From: Phallusia mammillata
Lineage: Eukaryota
DNA: 64,000 nt
Assembly (NCBI GenBank): GCA_965637545.1
Contig: OZ281501.1
Location: 14,074,001 to 14,138,000, forward strand
Reading direction: 5' to 3'
The notes under the pieces are model-generated. The model had not been told where the DNA came from and ran no database searches. It saw only the letters and a program-made list of their open reading frames with translations. Every line of letters starts with the position of its first letter. Within the stretch, counting starts at the first letter, position 1. This document shows, piece after piece, positions 1 to 12,822 of the stretch. A program made the position numbers and the translations under genes.

Positions 1-1768
1 ACAAGACTTGCTGTGTTAGACGAGCGTTGGCTCGCAGTCTACTGTTCTTATTAAATTCAACACCACAGAATATTGCAACCTGAAAACATTTTTTAGATTG
101 TAAGTGCAAACCACTGAGACTTTTATTGCCTTGGTATGAACTGAGATCAAGTACTATTACGTACACATACTGAGATGCCACTTTCTATTTTCTAGTCGTC
201 TTAGTAATCTCTGCGAGCAAAATATAAGTTGCCAGTTCTATAGTGCTGGTGTCACTGTCCAACATAAACTGATGTGCAAGTTTACAACTTGGTCTGTGTA
301 CGTTTGTAGACATTATCACTTTTAGCCGGCTATTGCAATTAATAAAGCGGTCTGATCTTGTTGCTTAGACCTGTCGACAACAACATACATCACACTTCAT
401 TACCATGGCTGGAATACAAATTAAATCTATGCTTACTGCTTCATGTATTATCGTCTTACATGTGCTATTTGCTCTGTTAAAGAGATAAAAAGAAATCTTT
501 CGCAGAAGTAAAATTAATTTAATTCTCAATTTAAAGTTTAATAAACTAATCAATACACATCACAGTTGAAATTAAAATACCTGCATGGAAAAAGGCCCAG
601 TAATAATGGCTACTGCCTTTCACCCGAAAGGTTGCTGATTCTAACCACACCTGCTCTTAGTTGTGTCGGGGTGCAAAAAGATTTGGCGAAAAGAATAAAA
701 AAACGTTATTATCACACCTCTACGAAAACGCAACAAAATTGATTTAAAAAAAATAACAAAAAATTAATTCCGTAAAATCGACAGGTTCCTATTATTTAAA
801 CTGCATGGTGAAATGCTTTTTGAAAGCTTCGTCACCATAACGTATGGGTCAATTGCTTTGTCCTATCAGAGACTGCAAAACATGCACTGGCAAATTTACT
901 TATGGGTAAGATACACGCCGAAAGAATTCCTTTGGGAGTATGGAGTACTGTGGCTGGTTTATTTAATTTAACGAACGTTGCTTACACTTTGTCATATCAT
1001 GGCGGAAAGTGACAGTAAAAATACGATGTTGTGTTCCGTCTTTATTCCTACCGAAAACAGTAAGATTTTACAAATGTAGACAGTATAAGCCCACAGTTTA
1101 GGCTTCGAATTCAAAGCTGTTTTTTGAATAATTTTGGCAAGTTAGGTGGGTTTGTTTGAACTAATTTTGCATGATTAAGTCACCAGCATTACACGACGTA
1201 GCTTTACTATACTTTATTGTCTAAAATTAGGCACCGTTTAATTAGAGTTACGCTTGTAATTTTTCACTGCACTAACCGCGCGCAAACTTCCTAAACACCC
1301 TCACTAATTGCTGATTTGACTCTCAGTTTCTGGATTATTATAAAAGCCAATACACATATCCCTACCTTTGCAGTGCACGAATCAAGTAACCTTAACAAGA
1401 CAGCATGGACATTTTAACCTTGCTGCATATGGCTTTAACGATCGCCTAAATCCCATGAGCCCAAATGCAATGCCACAACCTGAAGCAACGACAATTGAAC
1501 TTAAGGAATAGCTGGCCGAGATGGTCCTTGGTTTGACGCAGGATATAACTCTCCCGGGTATATAAGCGTGTTGTGTATCAGACCTTATCTATACTCGCTT
1601 GACAACTAGGGAGACTCTGATAGCTTGAGTTGTTTGCTGTGCCAGACTGCATTAATGCCTGCTCATCGCGAAGGGACGGGTATATTTGAGGAATTTGCTA
1701 ATCTAATAGAATTATGGAAAGGACTTTTGACCAAAGTTTACTAAACACAAAATATGAAATTAAGATTC

Positions 1769-1825
1769 GAACACGACATTTTGTTTTGAGAATCGTTGAA
1801 CACGACATTTTGTTTTGAGAATCGT
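1769..1825. repeat. Tandem duplication, 29-bp unit x2
   Basis: gaacacgacattttgttttgagaatcgt(t) at 1769-1797, repeated from 1798. Confidence 0.95.
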
Positions 1826-3973
1826 AAATAGGTGCATCAGTTACAAAGGATCGTATTGCAAGAAAAATCTGTTTATTTGAGGGCTTGCAAACCCTGCTTT
1901 AATTATTCCAAACCTGGCGAGTCTGGTGTTTTTAGTTTCACCTGTTGCAAACTATAACTTACACTGGCTAAATTTCCAAACTACACTCACAAAAAGAAAC
2001 GTGTCGGTAACCGTGTTTACTAAAGCAACACAGTAGCACTAAATCAACGGCTTATGTAGTCTTTGGGTATTTCGCGTATCTGCGACAGAATGATTCGTTT
2101 TACAGGTTGTGTAAAAACGTGCTTAATTTTTCTTTTACTCCGTGTTTAGATATGCAAAATTACCACAGTAGCCTAATCATATATCACTTTATCAAAGGCA
2201 AGCAGAAGAAAAAACTGAGAAAACCATCAAGTAGAAAAACTTCAGCCCATGTTTAAAACCAACATTGCCTACTAGGTATATAAAGCATCCTAGGCTAACA
2301 TTTCATAAAACTAGGCTAACTCGTTAATAATGCAACGTACAACTGTTCTTAAGTAGCACCGTTACACAGGTTTACTTTTTACTTCTGCTTCAGCAATATC
2401 TGATAATAATTAATAATCTAACGACATCATTAGCCTAATCTTCAAGTAATTACATTCCATATAGAACGCTTTGCGATTGTTGATGGGATTTTTTTATTAG
2501 TCCTACTCCAAACATCTGCATGCTGCGCAATTGTGCATTATAAACGAACAAGCAAACTTTTCAACACAAGCGTTTATATCTTTTTCAACCAGACACAAGC
2601 TTATCAGTACTAGTATGCCTATTTAAACTACAACGACGGATAAAAAATCTAGTTCAGCAAGCTTAATTAACCATAGATCTGGACCAGCCATCGCACATCG
2701 AATAAGGGCAGACACAAGCAACGAGCGATTATTGCGGCCAGACTTTAGCCTTTTAATTGGAATCTTGATCTTCAAATCTTAAATCGATGCACTATGGCCT
2801 AACCATCATTGAGGTCAAATGAGTTGGAATATTAAGATGTATGACGACACAATACAAATACGAAATGACAATCGTGTGAGGATCAAAACTGATCTCCGAT
2901 ATTTGTTCCTTATTGATCCACAGACCTACCGATTATAAAAATACTAATCGTTTCAACAAAGAACAACGACTAGTACGTTTTCTACCTATTCAAAGGTTAT
3001 CCATTTTTTGGTTTCGAAAAGCAACTGCGCCGTTTGTAACCAATCTTGAGCTTTGAAATCAGACCATCTTTCGTACCAACATCTCATTAAATATTTATCG
3101 GTTACTAATAAATCGAGTTTACTTTACAATTTTACTTCGTTATAAATTATAATTATCATAGCTGAAGCAACTTACCTGCATGAAATATAGTCAAAGCTTT
3201 AAACCATGCTAGATGTCTCTATAACGTTCACATCATTTTGTGAAACTTTTCTGCCAGTTTATCACACACAAAATGCAAGCAAAATAATACAGATGGCAAA
3301 ATTATGGAAAACGTATTTTTATATTGTATTTTTTCCCGAGTAGCCTATAATATTCAACCATTCTATGTAGTATCTGTAGTATCACTGCAAAACCCACTTG
3401 CCCCCAGTTTAATTTCAAAAATACTCAGATTCGGAGTCAACCTGGAGCGGAGGTGCAAAACTGTTTTATGTGAAATACGCAACTGCGTGGTCAATGAATC
3501 AAGGTTAATGGTAAATGTACGATTACGTTAAAAATCACTTGACGTTAAGGCCTGTTTTGTGAATTTTTTTATTGAAAAGTAAGTCACAGTTTCAGTAGAG
3601 CATTACTTTGTTCAGTGTTGCGTTACGAGCAGTTTTTCCGCAATCAAGCGTTTACTTTCGTTTAGCAGATTGATATGATTGTACAGGAACTAGAAAATCG
3701 GAACCTCTGTTTTAGAACGTGTGTTTATGAGTGGTTGTTTCATTTTGTTTAGTAGATATAAAAATATATTTAACACAGTGTAGGTTTTAAATTTTTACAA
3801 GAGTTAACTATTTGTTGGCTTCTGCTATGATAGTGTACAGTGAAACTGTTAAACTGTACAGATTACAGTCGTACACTGACTCAAATTTAAAAACTAAATG
3901 TTTTGCAGTATTTTTTTGGGTCCATACATTAGAATAATTTTCGGTAACTAATTCAGATTTGTAATCTGTTGCC

Positions 3974-6900
3974 ATGTCGGAGGAAAATGCAACTAATAGT
4001 GCCAGTGCCAGTGAAGAACCTGCTGCTGCTGGCAATGCAGAAACTTCAGAAAATCAATCACCAAGTTAGTATTTTAATTCTTTTAAGTTATTTATCTGTT
4101 TTAAAGTGTTGTTAGTGGTCTTAGTTGTACAGTTTTATGCTCAGTACCACCTTGGGATTTTAGGACACGGTGGTTGCCTCCATGGATATTTTGTTTTGTT
4201 TGTAGCAGTTTGGCACAAAAAGTTCTTAAAAACCACACCCTAAGACTGCAACCAGTTTCTACTATTGCTTTGGTTTTTACCAAACTCGTAATTGTTTGCC
4301 CATCATTGTACCAAAAAGCTTTTGTAATAAAACTGTTGTTGCAATAACTACTGCCTATTGCAGTGATAAAAGCAACAACCATTTGTATCATTTTTTTGGA
4401 CGTTGCAAACTGACCTAAATGTTACAACAGCTGTTTTAAAGTAGGTAATGTTTTGGTCCAAATTCAAATAAAGTTTCCTCGGATTTTTGACAACTTGACC
4501 TAAAAAGACAAAAAAAAACATTTAAAAATAAGCTATTTGAGTTAAAAAGTTTTATTTAAGAGATGATTCAAAACCTTGCATAACTGTGGATCACAGTTTC
4601 AAAACATATTATGCTTTAAAAATTGTATGTAACATCTGATGTAACAAGCCTTGTTTGTGAGAACAAAACAATTTTTGTTATCTTGGGTTTATGGTTTTGG
4701 TATTTTTGAAATGTTTGAAAGTCTTCACTAACATTTATCTCAATTCACAAGGATGGATGACTTAATGATTTAATAAATTTGGATCAATAAGCATGAGGTT
4801 CATTACCAGTCTTCATCCACCAAGCAATCAGCTGGGAGATTCTGGTTTAAATATACTATATTAAAGTTTAAATATACTGTATTGCTAACATTGCATTCTT
4901 TTTTGGTAAATAGTGGATTTACTACAAAGCCTTTTGAAAAAGTTTTCTCTGACTTCTGAGACTGAAGAAGATGTGGAACCTCCAGAAAAACTCTTAGATG
5001 AGCTATCTGTAACTGGTGTGGCCAACTACATACTCTCGGAGAAGTGTAAGATGTTTAAAGTTTTGTCTAGTTTTCATAATCATATTGTTTTCTTTGAATT
5101 GAATTGAACCATGCATACATTTACACCACAGCACAAAAATAGGTTAATTGCAGAATGGCAACAATAATTTACTCTGGTGCAAAAGTAATTTTTGTTAAAA
5201 TTAACACTTTCAGAATCAGAATTAAATATCATTTGGCATAGTCAAAACATAATATTAAAATCCAAAACATTAATTCCAAATGAAACGTCTTTCTTTGTTT
5301 CAGGCAAAAACATTGTTGTCATGTGTGGAGCTGGAATTTCAACAGGTGTGTACTCAACGAACAAATGAAATTTAAAAAAATGTATTAAATTATTTGCCCA
5401 CCTACAACTGTTTGTTTTTCTAAAAATCTTTATGTTGGCGTTTTGTAGCTGCTGGTATTCCTGACTTTAGATCGCCAGGAACTGGCCTCTATGACAATTT
5501 GCAAAAGTACGATCTCAAAAATCCCACCGACATCTTTGAAATAACTTACTTTAAAGTAGGTGGAGTAACCGTACAAGTTTGTAATATGTTAGAGTTTTGA
5601 AATTTTGTTTTACCAACAGCATATACCTATACAGAAATTTTTTAAGCTTTGCAACTGTAGGGATTATGACCTTTCTTGATGTTACCTGTTAATCACACAT
5701 GCCCTTGTTTTTACAGAAAAATCCTCAACCATTTTTTACTCTGGCAAAGGAGCTATATCCAGGAAACTATAAGGTAGGTGTGGAAGATGTTCATTTTTTT
5801 GTGGACAAAATCCTATAATGTCGTTGTTGTAAAAATGCTAACATACCAACATAATGCAGTGGAAAAAGCAACTATTTCCTGATTACATGAATGTCTAGTA
5901 CAAACTGTCTCAGCAGTAGATCTTAAAAGGTCAATGCGTCATGTAACGATAAACACAGATAAATTTTACATTCATACTCTTCCATTACTTCACAAAGAGT
6001 GCAAATGGTTTCTTGAGAGTTAAAAGAGGCAAAGAACTTTGGGGACACTGATCTAAACTAAGCATATTTATAATTGGTTTAAATGTCATACAGTACTTTG
6101 TTTGTTATTGGTTTGTTTTGGGGAATTAATTCCCTGTAGCAAAGGTCTATGGTTTAAAATGCAAAAGTACACTGCATTATCAAAATTTGTTTTTGTTTAG
6201 GCAACGGTTGGGCATTTTTTTCTAAAACTACTTGAGGACAAGGGAAAATTGCAGCGTGTGTACACCCAGGTGAGCGAACTAATTTTCTCAAATACTTTGA
6301 CACAAATACTCAAAAATCCAATTGTTGTACATTCATACACATTGTGCTTGTATACACTTAGAACTTTGTGCACATGTGTTTTTTGAAAACTATAATTCCA
6401 ATTATAATAATCAATGCATTTTTTAACGTGGGTTCGAATCCCACCGCAGGCTAGATTTTTCTAGCCTACACCTTGCCATATGATGGTGAATGCTTGGTGA
6501 CCGGCTGATTCGGTATGGTGCCTTCAATGGGCCTGGCGTACTGTGATTTATATATGAGTGTGCCGTGATCGCTGGTCTGCATAGACGCTTCAGGGCTGAT
6601 CCCAGTTATGAATTTATGTTCATCATAACTGATGCATTTTTTTAACGTTGTGTTTTGTTGAAAAACAGTGATTTTTACTCAGAATATTGATGGACTGGAA
6701 AGAGTTGCAGGAGTAGATGGTGAAAAAATTGTGGAAGCTCATGGCACATTTTACACCAATCAGTGTGTAGATTGCAAGCGTTCTTATTCCAAGGAATGGA
6801 TGAAAGGTAGCTACAACCTAAACCTGCAGGAATAATGTGTAAAGTACACATGTTTTGGTGCTTAAATGTTTACTAAAATAGAGTTATAATCCCTTAATAT

Positions 6901-8163
6901 AAATAATGCATAATAAAAGATTTTTATAATGTTGATAACTGTTTTAAAAAATAGTCACAGAAGACAGTAACAGTCTTTGGTTTATTTAGAAAAGATTTTC
7001 AAGGATGAAATTCCATATTGCGAAGATTGTAAAGAAGGAACAAGTGGTCTTGTTAAACCAGGTTTGTAGTTTTTGTGCAGTGCAGCTTTCTTTAAGTTTT
7101 GGTAATTTTTTCTGTTTAGACATTGTCTTCTTTGGAGAGGCACTGCCACAGAGATTTTTCAATCTTCGTTATGATGATTTTCAAGCATGTGACCTACTTA
7201 TCGTTATGGGAACTTCTTTAAAAGTTCAGCCTTTTGCATCATTGGTTGGAGGGTATGTTTTCCATTTTTGTAATTTAAACATTTCATATATTGAGAAACA
7301 AAAAGTTTGTTTTGAGTTGGGGATTTTGTTTGATATTGTAAACTTAAAGCTTTCCATATTAGACACAGTTCAATCCCTTGTACTAACTTACCAGAATAAA
7401 TTAAAAGTAAAAAATATGGAAAGTGTCTAACATTGAAAGCTTTTTGTATTATGAAAATCCTTATATTGGATGTACATTTTACACTTGGTTTTGAACTTAC
7501 ACACGTTTTTTAATATTCCAAAACAGAACACATGTAACAAATATAACTATTTTAGTGTGGATGCCAAGACTCCAAGACTTTTAATCAATCGTGAACTTTG
7601 TGGGGAAACTGATCCTATGATGTTAATGATGGGATTCAACTCAGGGATGGATTTTGAATCAGAAAAAGCCTACAGGTTAATATTTCAACATTCAAAAGCA
7701 GTGTGGAACACTACATACGAGTCTGTTCATAAGTTTAGGATAAAAATAATGGCCCATTAGATGTATTAAGTGTAATTTTTGCCATCAAAAGCTGTGTGTT
7801 TGTCATTTAAAAGTTTAATTAAAATCAGATACACTTCTTCCTTGCCATATTATCAGAGAATTTGATTTTAACTTTCTTATCAGATTGTAAAAACAATGTT
7901 TGACATAACTTTGTAGAGATGTGGCACTTCTTGGTGACTGTGACGATGGTTGCAAAGATCTCTGTGAAAAGCTAGGTTGGCTTGAAGACCTTCTCAAACT
8001 TGTGGCAGACGGTGATAAACAAAATGAAAACACAACTGATGATGTAACAAAGAAAACAGACACCGAAGACAAGATGGACTCAAAACTGTCACTTGAAACT
8101 CCCACTGAGAAAGTTTCTGAAAAGAAAAATGACCCAGAACAAAGCAATTCTCCTAACCTATAA
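3974..8163 (+). CDS. SIRT2: NAD-dependent deacetylase sirtuin-2, 11 exons, 397 aa
   Basis: Exons 3974-4064, 4914-5045, 5304-5345, 5449-5555, 5717-5773, 6201-6269, 6683-6806, 6990-7061, 7120-7252, 7556-7675, 7917-8163. All GT-AG; total 1194 nt. Motifs [33 protein letters not shown], Zn ligands [39 protein letters not shown]2-type MDF-SEKAYRDVA and NES-like [13 protein letters not shown]. Confidence 0.97.
6430..6631 (+). mobile_element. 5'-truncated tRNA-derived SINE in SIRT2 intron 6
   Basis: Begins with a B-box (GGTTCGAATCCC) and ends in a hairpin (cagttatga 6603-6611 / tcataactg 6623-6631). Flanked by near-perfect TSD atgca(T6)aacgt 6414-6429 and atgca(T7)aacgt 6632-6648. Confidence 0.75.
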
Positions 8164-9387
8164 ATTCTTGTGATTCATATTTCAGCTCTTCAAATTCATG
8201 AGGATTTTAAATACAGATTGCACTTTTGTTTCACTTTAGATGTTTTTTTAAACAAAGATTGGTTTCAGGGCTATTATAAACAATGCTCATACGGGGTAAT
8301 TACAATCCGTGTTGAAATGTTGTACGGTAGTTTTGTTTTTGGTGATTTTGCCTTTGTGTTGTAACTGTTTTGTCTTCTTCACTGTAATTTTATTGTTTCA
8401 TATTTTGGTCATCTTAGTCATGTTTCTAAAGGGGACATGTTTTCATCTATTTTATCTTCTCTGTAGTGTGTCCATACAATTGAAATGTTTAAACTTTCCA
8501 GCTGGCAGATATGTCTTGTAGTTCTGACACCTGGTTTTGTTTGACTTTGTAGCACCAATGGCTTCCCCAAGGCTGGAATAAAGTGATTACAAAGATGTAA
8601 TGTTGTAACACACTGCAATAAAAAGTTTCTGTGAATATGTTAGTTAAGTACAATCTTAATTTGTCTGGCTGTGATAATGAACTATTTGTTTCATTTGGAT
8701 GAAGTTTTTGGAGAGTGAAGTAACCACAAGTGTACTGGTTTTCAATATTTTTGGTGTTGTTTTATGAATTAAGTGCAAACTTAGGTAAACTTTAAACAAA
8801 CTATAGCTTGAATATTTTGTCATTCTGTTAATTGCATGAGATTGTACAGATTTATAAAAAAAAATCCAAAATGCATGACATTTGGACAACCTGACATTGT
8901 GGTGTGCCGTTTCTGTGTTTTAACCATTTGGTCCCAGGGGTTGCCCTGTTTTACACCTAAGGTGGATCAAAAAATCTCCACTGCCTTGAATATGTCACTT
9001 GTGCCTGATGTTACAAATGACTTGTTTTTTCTGAAAATGAAAACCGCTTGTCCATTATTTGTCCACAAATATAACTTTCCCATTTTCTACTGAAGTTTGG
9101 ATGCAGAATGTAATTTAGTTGTATATGAACTAAAATACTGTGTGTTTTTGGAACAAATATTTTGTTTTTTAAGCTTTTGTGATTGGAAAATAAAAACTCA
9201 AAGCCATATGGGTTTTTATTTTCCCATTTGAATATTGCATTTTGTACAAACATTTGCTTTACAAAAGTAAAACTGTAGTTTATTTGTTTTTTTTATTGTT
9301 GTAATAATACCAGTTAATTTCATATTTCCTTAGATTTGTAAAATTATTCTCATCAGTGTTATAGTAAAAAGCTGCTAATTGTGTAAG

Positions 9388-11888
9388 ATGCCAAATGGAA
9401 AGAGTAAACAATTTCGTCGTCGGAGAAAAGAGTCAACCGATGAAGAAGATGGTGGAGATGAAAATAATGAGGAAGAAGTCAGGTAGTTCTAAAACTTAAA
9501 AAAAATAATGTTGAATCCTACTTTGTGTGTCTTTACATTTTTAGTTCTGTGACTTTATTGATTTATACTTCTGCAAGGTACTCTCTGAGTAAATTTAATA
9601 GCATATTGTTTGGTATCCTGACAAACTAAGACCACAACCATTCCTATTTGTAAAACAATTGTATTCTTTGTAATAAAAAGTTCATGTTTCTGTAGTGATA
9701 TATTGGAAGCTACCAAGGAATTGCAGAAAGTTCGCAAACGCCAGATGGGAGTGAATGCTGCTTCACTCGCTACTGGAGTTAAACTCACAAAAGCAGATGA
9801 GATGGTTATGGATGTAAGTTTCAGTGACAAAAGTTTTGAAATTTGACAATGAACACAATCAATAAGCATTTACTGTTTTTATCAAAAAATATTTCGCTGT
9901 TTTCTTAACCCTTTGCTCATCTAGTTAGAAAACTATTTTGCTCTTACTTTTTTGAAAACTGTATAAAATATGTAGATTTTGTGATTCATGAAATTTTTCA
10001 GCAAAAAAATTGTTTAGAATGACCCATTCAAGGTGAAGACTGGAGGGCTAGTCAGTTTAAGAAATGTTAAGGATAGAAATCGAGATCGCACATATGAAGA
10101 TGTTGATCGAGATGTTACAAATTTGGGATCCACATTTTCAGTGGAAACAAACAGAAGAGATGAAGATTCTGAATTGTAAGATTTTGAAGTAAAGTGTTTT
10201 TTGTTTGAATTCCACAGCAAGTCATTCAAGGCCAAAACATTAAAAATGGATTTTTGGCATAAGTCAAATAAGTAATTGTGGCTGGTCTGTGCATAGGTAA
10301 TTACCAGCATATTTTCCTTTCTCAAGAACTGCCTATGTGGAAAGTGAACTGAAAAAGATTCGTGGAGAAAAAGAGGAAGGTAGTGAAGTCCAGAAATCTA
10401 AGATTAAAACAGCAGAAGATCAACTTTATCAACTGCCTGATCATTTAAAGGTGCTTTGATGTGATTTGATATGTAATTATGTACATTACTCTCGCACATA
10501 CATTTGCTTTACCAAATGTTTGGTATTTTAGCTTGCTGCTAAAGACCATTCAGAAGAAATGCTGTCTAATCAGATGCTTAGTGGAATACCAGAAATAGAT
10601 CTTGGAATTGAGTAAGTTTCATGCTTGTGGTTTAAAAAAGTCTAAGACCAAGTTACACTTTGTTAAAACATGTACACGGTCCATTAAACATCTAATGCAA
10701 ATTATCAAATCCTTGGTGTTTTTGGTCTGTGTGTTTAGAACCAAAATTAAAAACATAGAGCGTACTGAGGAAGCAAAACAAAAGTTGATCAAAGAAATGT
10801 CCCAAAAGAAGGAAAACAGAACCTCTTTTGTTCCAACCAACATGGCTGTCAACTATGTCCAACACAAAAGATGTAAGTTTCAATTCAGAATCTGACCACA
10901 CTATATTCCAACAAATTTACAAAAATAAATATATTTAAATGCATCTGCAGGTACCCCAAGAAAAAAAAATCTTCTTTAATGTTTTGTTACAAATTATTAT
11001 TTTAACCAAACATTTAATAGAGAAAAGGCTAAACTTTTGTATGACATATCTGTGATGATTTTTTTGCCGACATCTTTTATTCTAAAGTTTCAATGAATTC
11101 TGTTGCCTTAGTTATGCATAGCGAGAATTTCAAGCACAAAACAAAGGAACCTGAACCAGAGCGGGTACAACCTGTGGTGGGAGATGCAGGTTGGTGAAAT
11201 GCATTTTAAGTTTCAAGTGAACACTACATAAAGTATATATATTGCATTAACATTGTCTTTGAAACATGAAATGATTATGTGCACTGTCGAGGTTCTCTGT
11301 TGCTAAATTTTCCAGCATTTCAAAGTGTTTCTTTTATCTGATATCTGTATTGCAGCTAATTGTGGGGCACCCAGGCTTGCAGCAGTGGTGGCATTAGTAA
11401 ACTGTGCCTGTCCTTTATCCTTTCATTATCAAATGAATCTGCATGTCAGGATGGTACCAAAACTGTTTTGAAAGTTTAGTCAACCGCCAACCAGTGTCAT
11501 TAAATAGTGACTGGAGTAACTGGAAGCAAAGAACAAGAATAATTCAAGTCAGTACCAGGAATAGTCGAAAATATACCAAGAGCAAGAAAAAAGCAGATAA
11601 GTTAGCATATGAGCAACCGCATTCAGTGTTGAAGGCGACCTGTATTGAACGTCGGGACGTCAGTACAAAAATACGATTGCCAGAAGAGCTCTATAAAGTT
11701 GATGAGAAACCGTGTTTTGGCCATTCTCAACCTTAGGGGGAATTTTTGTGTGTGCAATAAATCAGAACATAACTTTGATCACTTTTGCAGAGAAAAAGCT
11801 TTCGAATGACGTACCTAAGCGAAAGGCTGGAACATCAACTGACGATTTTCACTACGAAAAATTTCGCAAAGCAAGTCGACGTTACTGA
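9388..11888 (+). CDS. C9orf78: Splicing factor C9orf78 (TLS1 homolog), 8 exons, 294 aa
   Basis: Exons 9388-9482, 9696-9813, 10018-10175, 10327-10450, 10532-10611, 10739-10872, 11112-11189, 11791-11888; total 885 nt. Hallmarks FRRRR, DPFKVKTGG, ETNRRDED, EEMLSNQMLSGIPEIDLGI, SFVPTNMAVNYVQH, TDDFHYEKF. Confidence 0.96.
11480..11736 (+). CDS. Candidate alternative terminal exon of C9orf78 (inside intron 7)
   Basis: Acceptor tttAG at 11478-11479 matches the phase-1 donor of exon 7. Frame is open for 85 codons to TAG at 11734-11736; AATAAA at 11756-11761. Confidence 0.35.
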
Positions 11889-12822
11889 CAACCCAGATTG
11901 AGGTAGTTACCAACGCAGTGACGTAATGCCTACGTGGATTTATGACGTCAATTATCGGAAGATTGGAACAACATGATAGGTTATTGCAAAGGACGGCGAA
12001 TGTCAACGTGGTGGATAATGGGTTCCTGATTTTACTGGTTTTAACGCTTTTAGGAGCCTCACGAAATCAAACGTTCGAGTGGAACGTTTCTACAAATGGT
12101 CATGTACGTTTTTTTAATGCAAAACCAACACAGCGATTTATTTTTACTCTAAAAGAGCCGGGTGAAACAAGCAACACCGCTGTTGGCGACCTTTTTGAAA
12201 AACGCAACATTTTTTGCACTGCCTTTTTATATTATACCCCAGTTCGTTACAAGTTGAGAAAGAGTCATTTGCAATGATCACTCTTTTTTCCGCTTCTCCT
12301 ATAAGCGTTAGCCGATTACATTACAGGTTGGCATTCGCCAGACCATTCATTGAGTTTGTTTGGTAGCGACTTAACATGACAAGACCATGCCTGGTAGTTC
12401 AGTGCAATCAAACATTTATTTAGTTTGGCCACAGAATTGCACATCTTGTCGCATTTTCATTAAAAAAAATGTTTAAATAAAACAGACAATTGCTCAAAAC
12501 CAATCACGGGTCAACGAAAATCCCGTTGGTGCTGTTTTTTGCGACCTAGAAGTTGCCGTCAAGTCTTGCCTTAACTTAACACAACACAAAGCTGTGCTTT
12601 TAGAGTTAGACTGTCCGGGAATCCAAGAAACTATGCCACTGAACAGATGTTAGCCTATTCTACGGGAAGAAGATTGTGATCCAGTAAAGAACAAAATAGT
12701 CAAGTTTGAGTGCAATACAATTCTTGTGATCGTTTTACCTGCTCAAAAAAGCACAATCGGAAAAAAAATTAACGTAACATCATTGCACATGAATGAACCT
12801 AAAATTAATAAACATCAAAGGT

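Noticed and set aside
1-80. Possible minus-strand exon VAIFCGVEFNKNSRLRANARLTQQVL running off the window
   Set aside because: Good acceptor (ttttcag), but no compatible upstream exon and no recognisable homology.
1385-1700. GC-richer block sharing cccgggtatata with the reverse strand near 34270
   Set aside because: Probably an old repeat family, but only a 12-mer is shared and no ends or TSD can be defined.
4064-4915. SIRT2 Met31 formed across the exon 1/2 junction (A|TG), aligning to human Met38
   Set aside because: Real, but no alternative exon or other evidence for a short isoform is visible.
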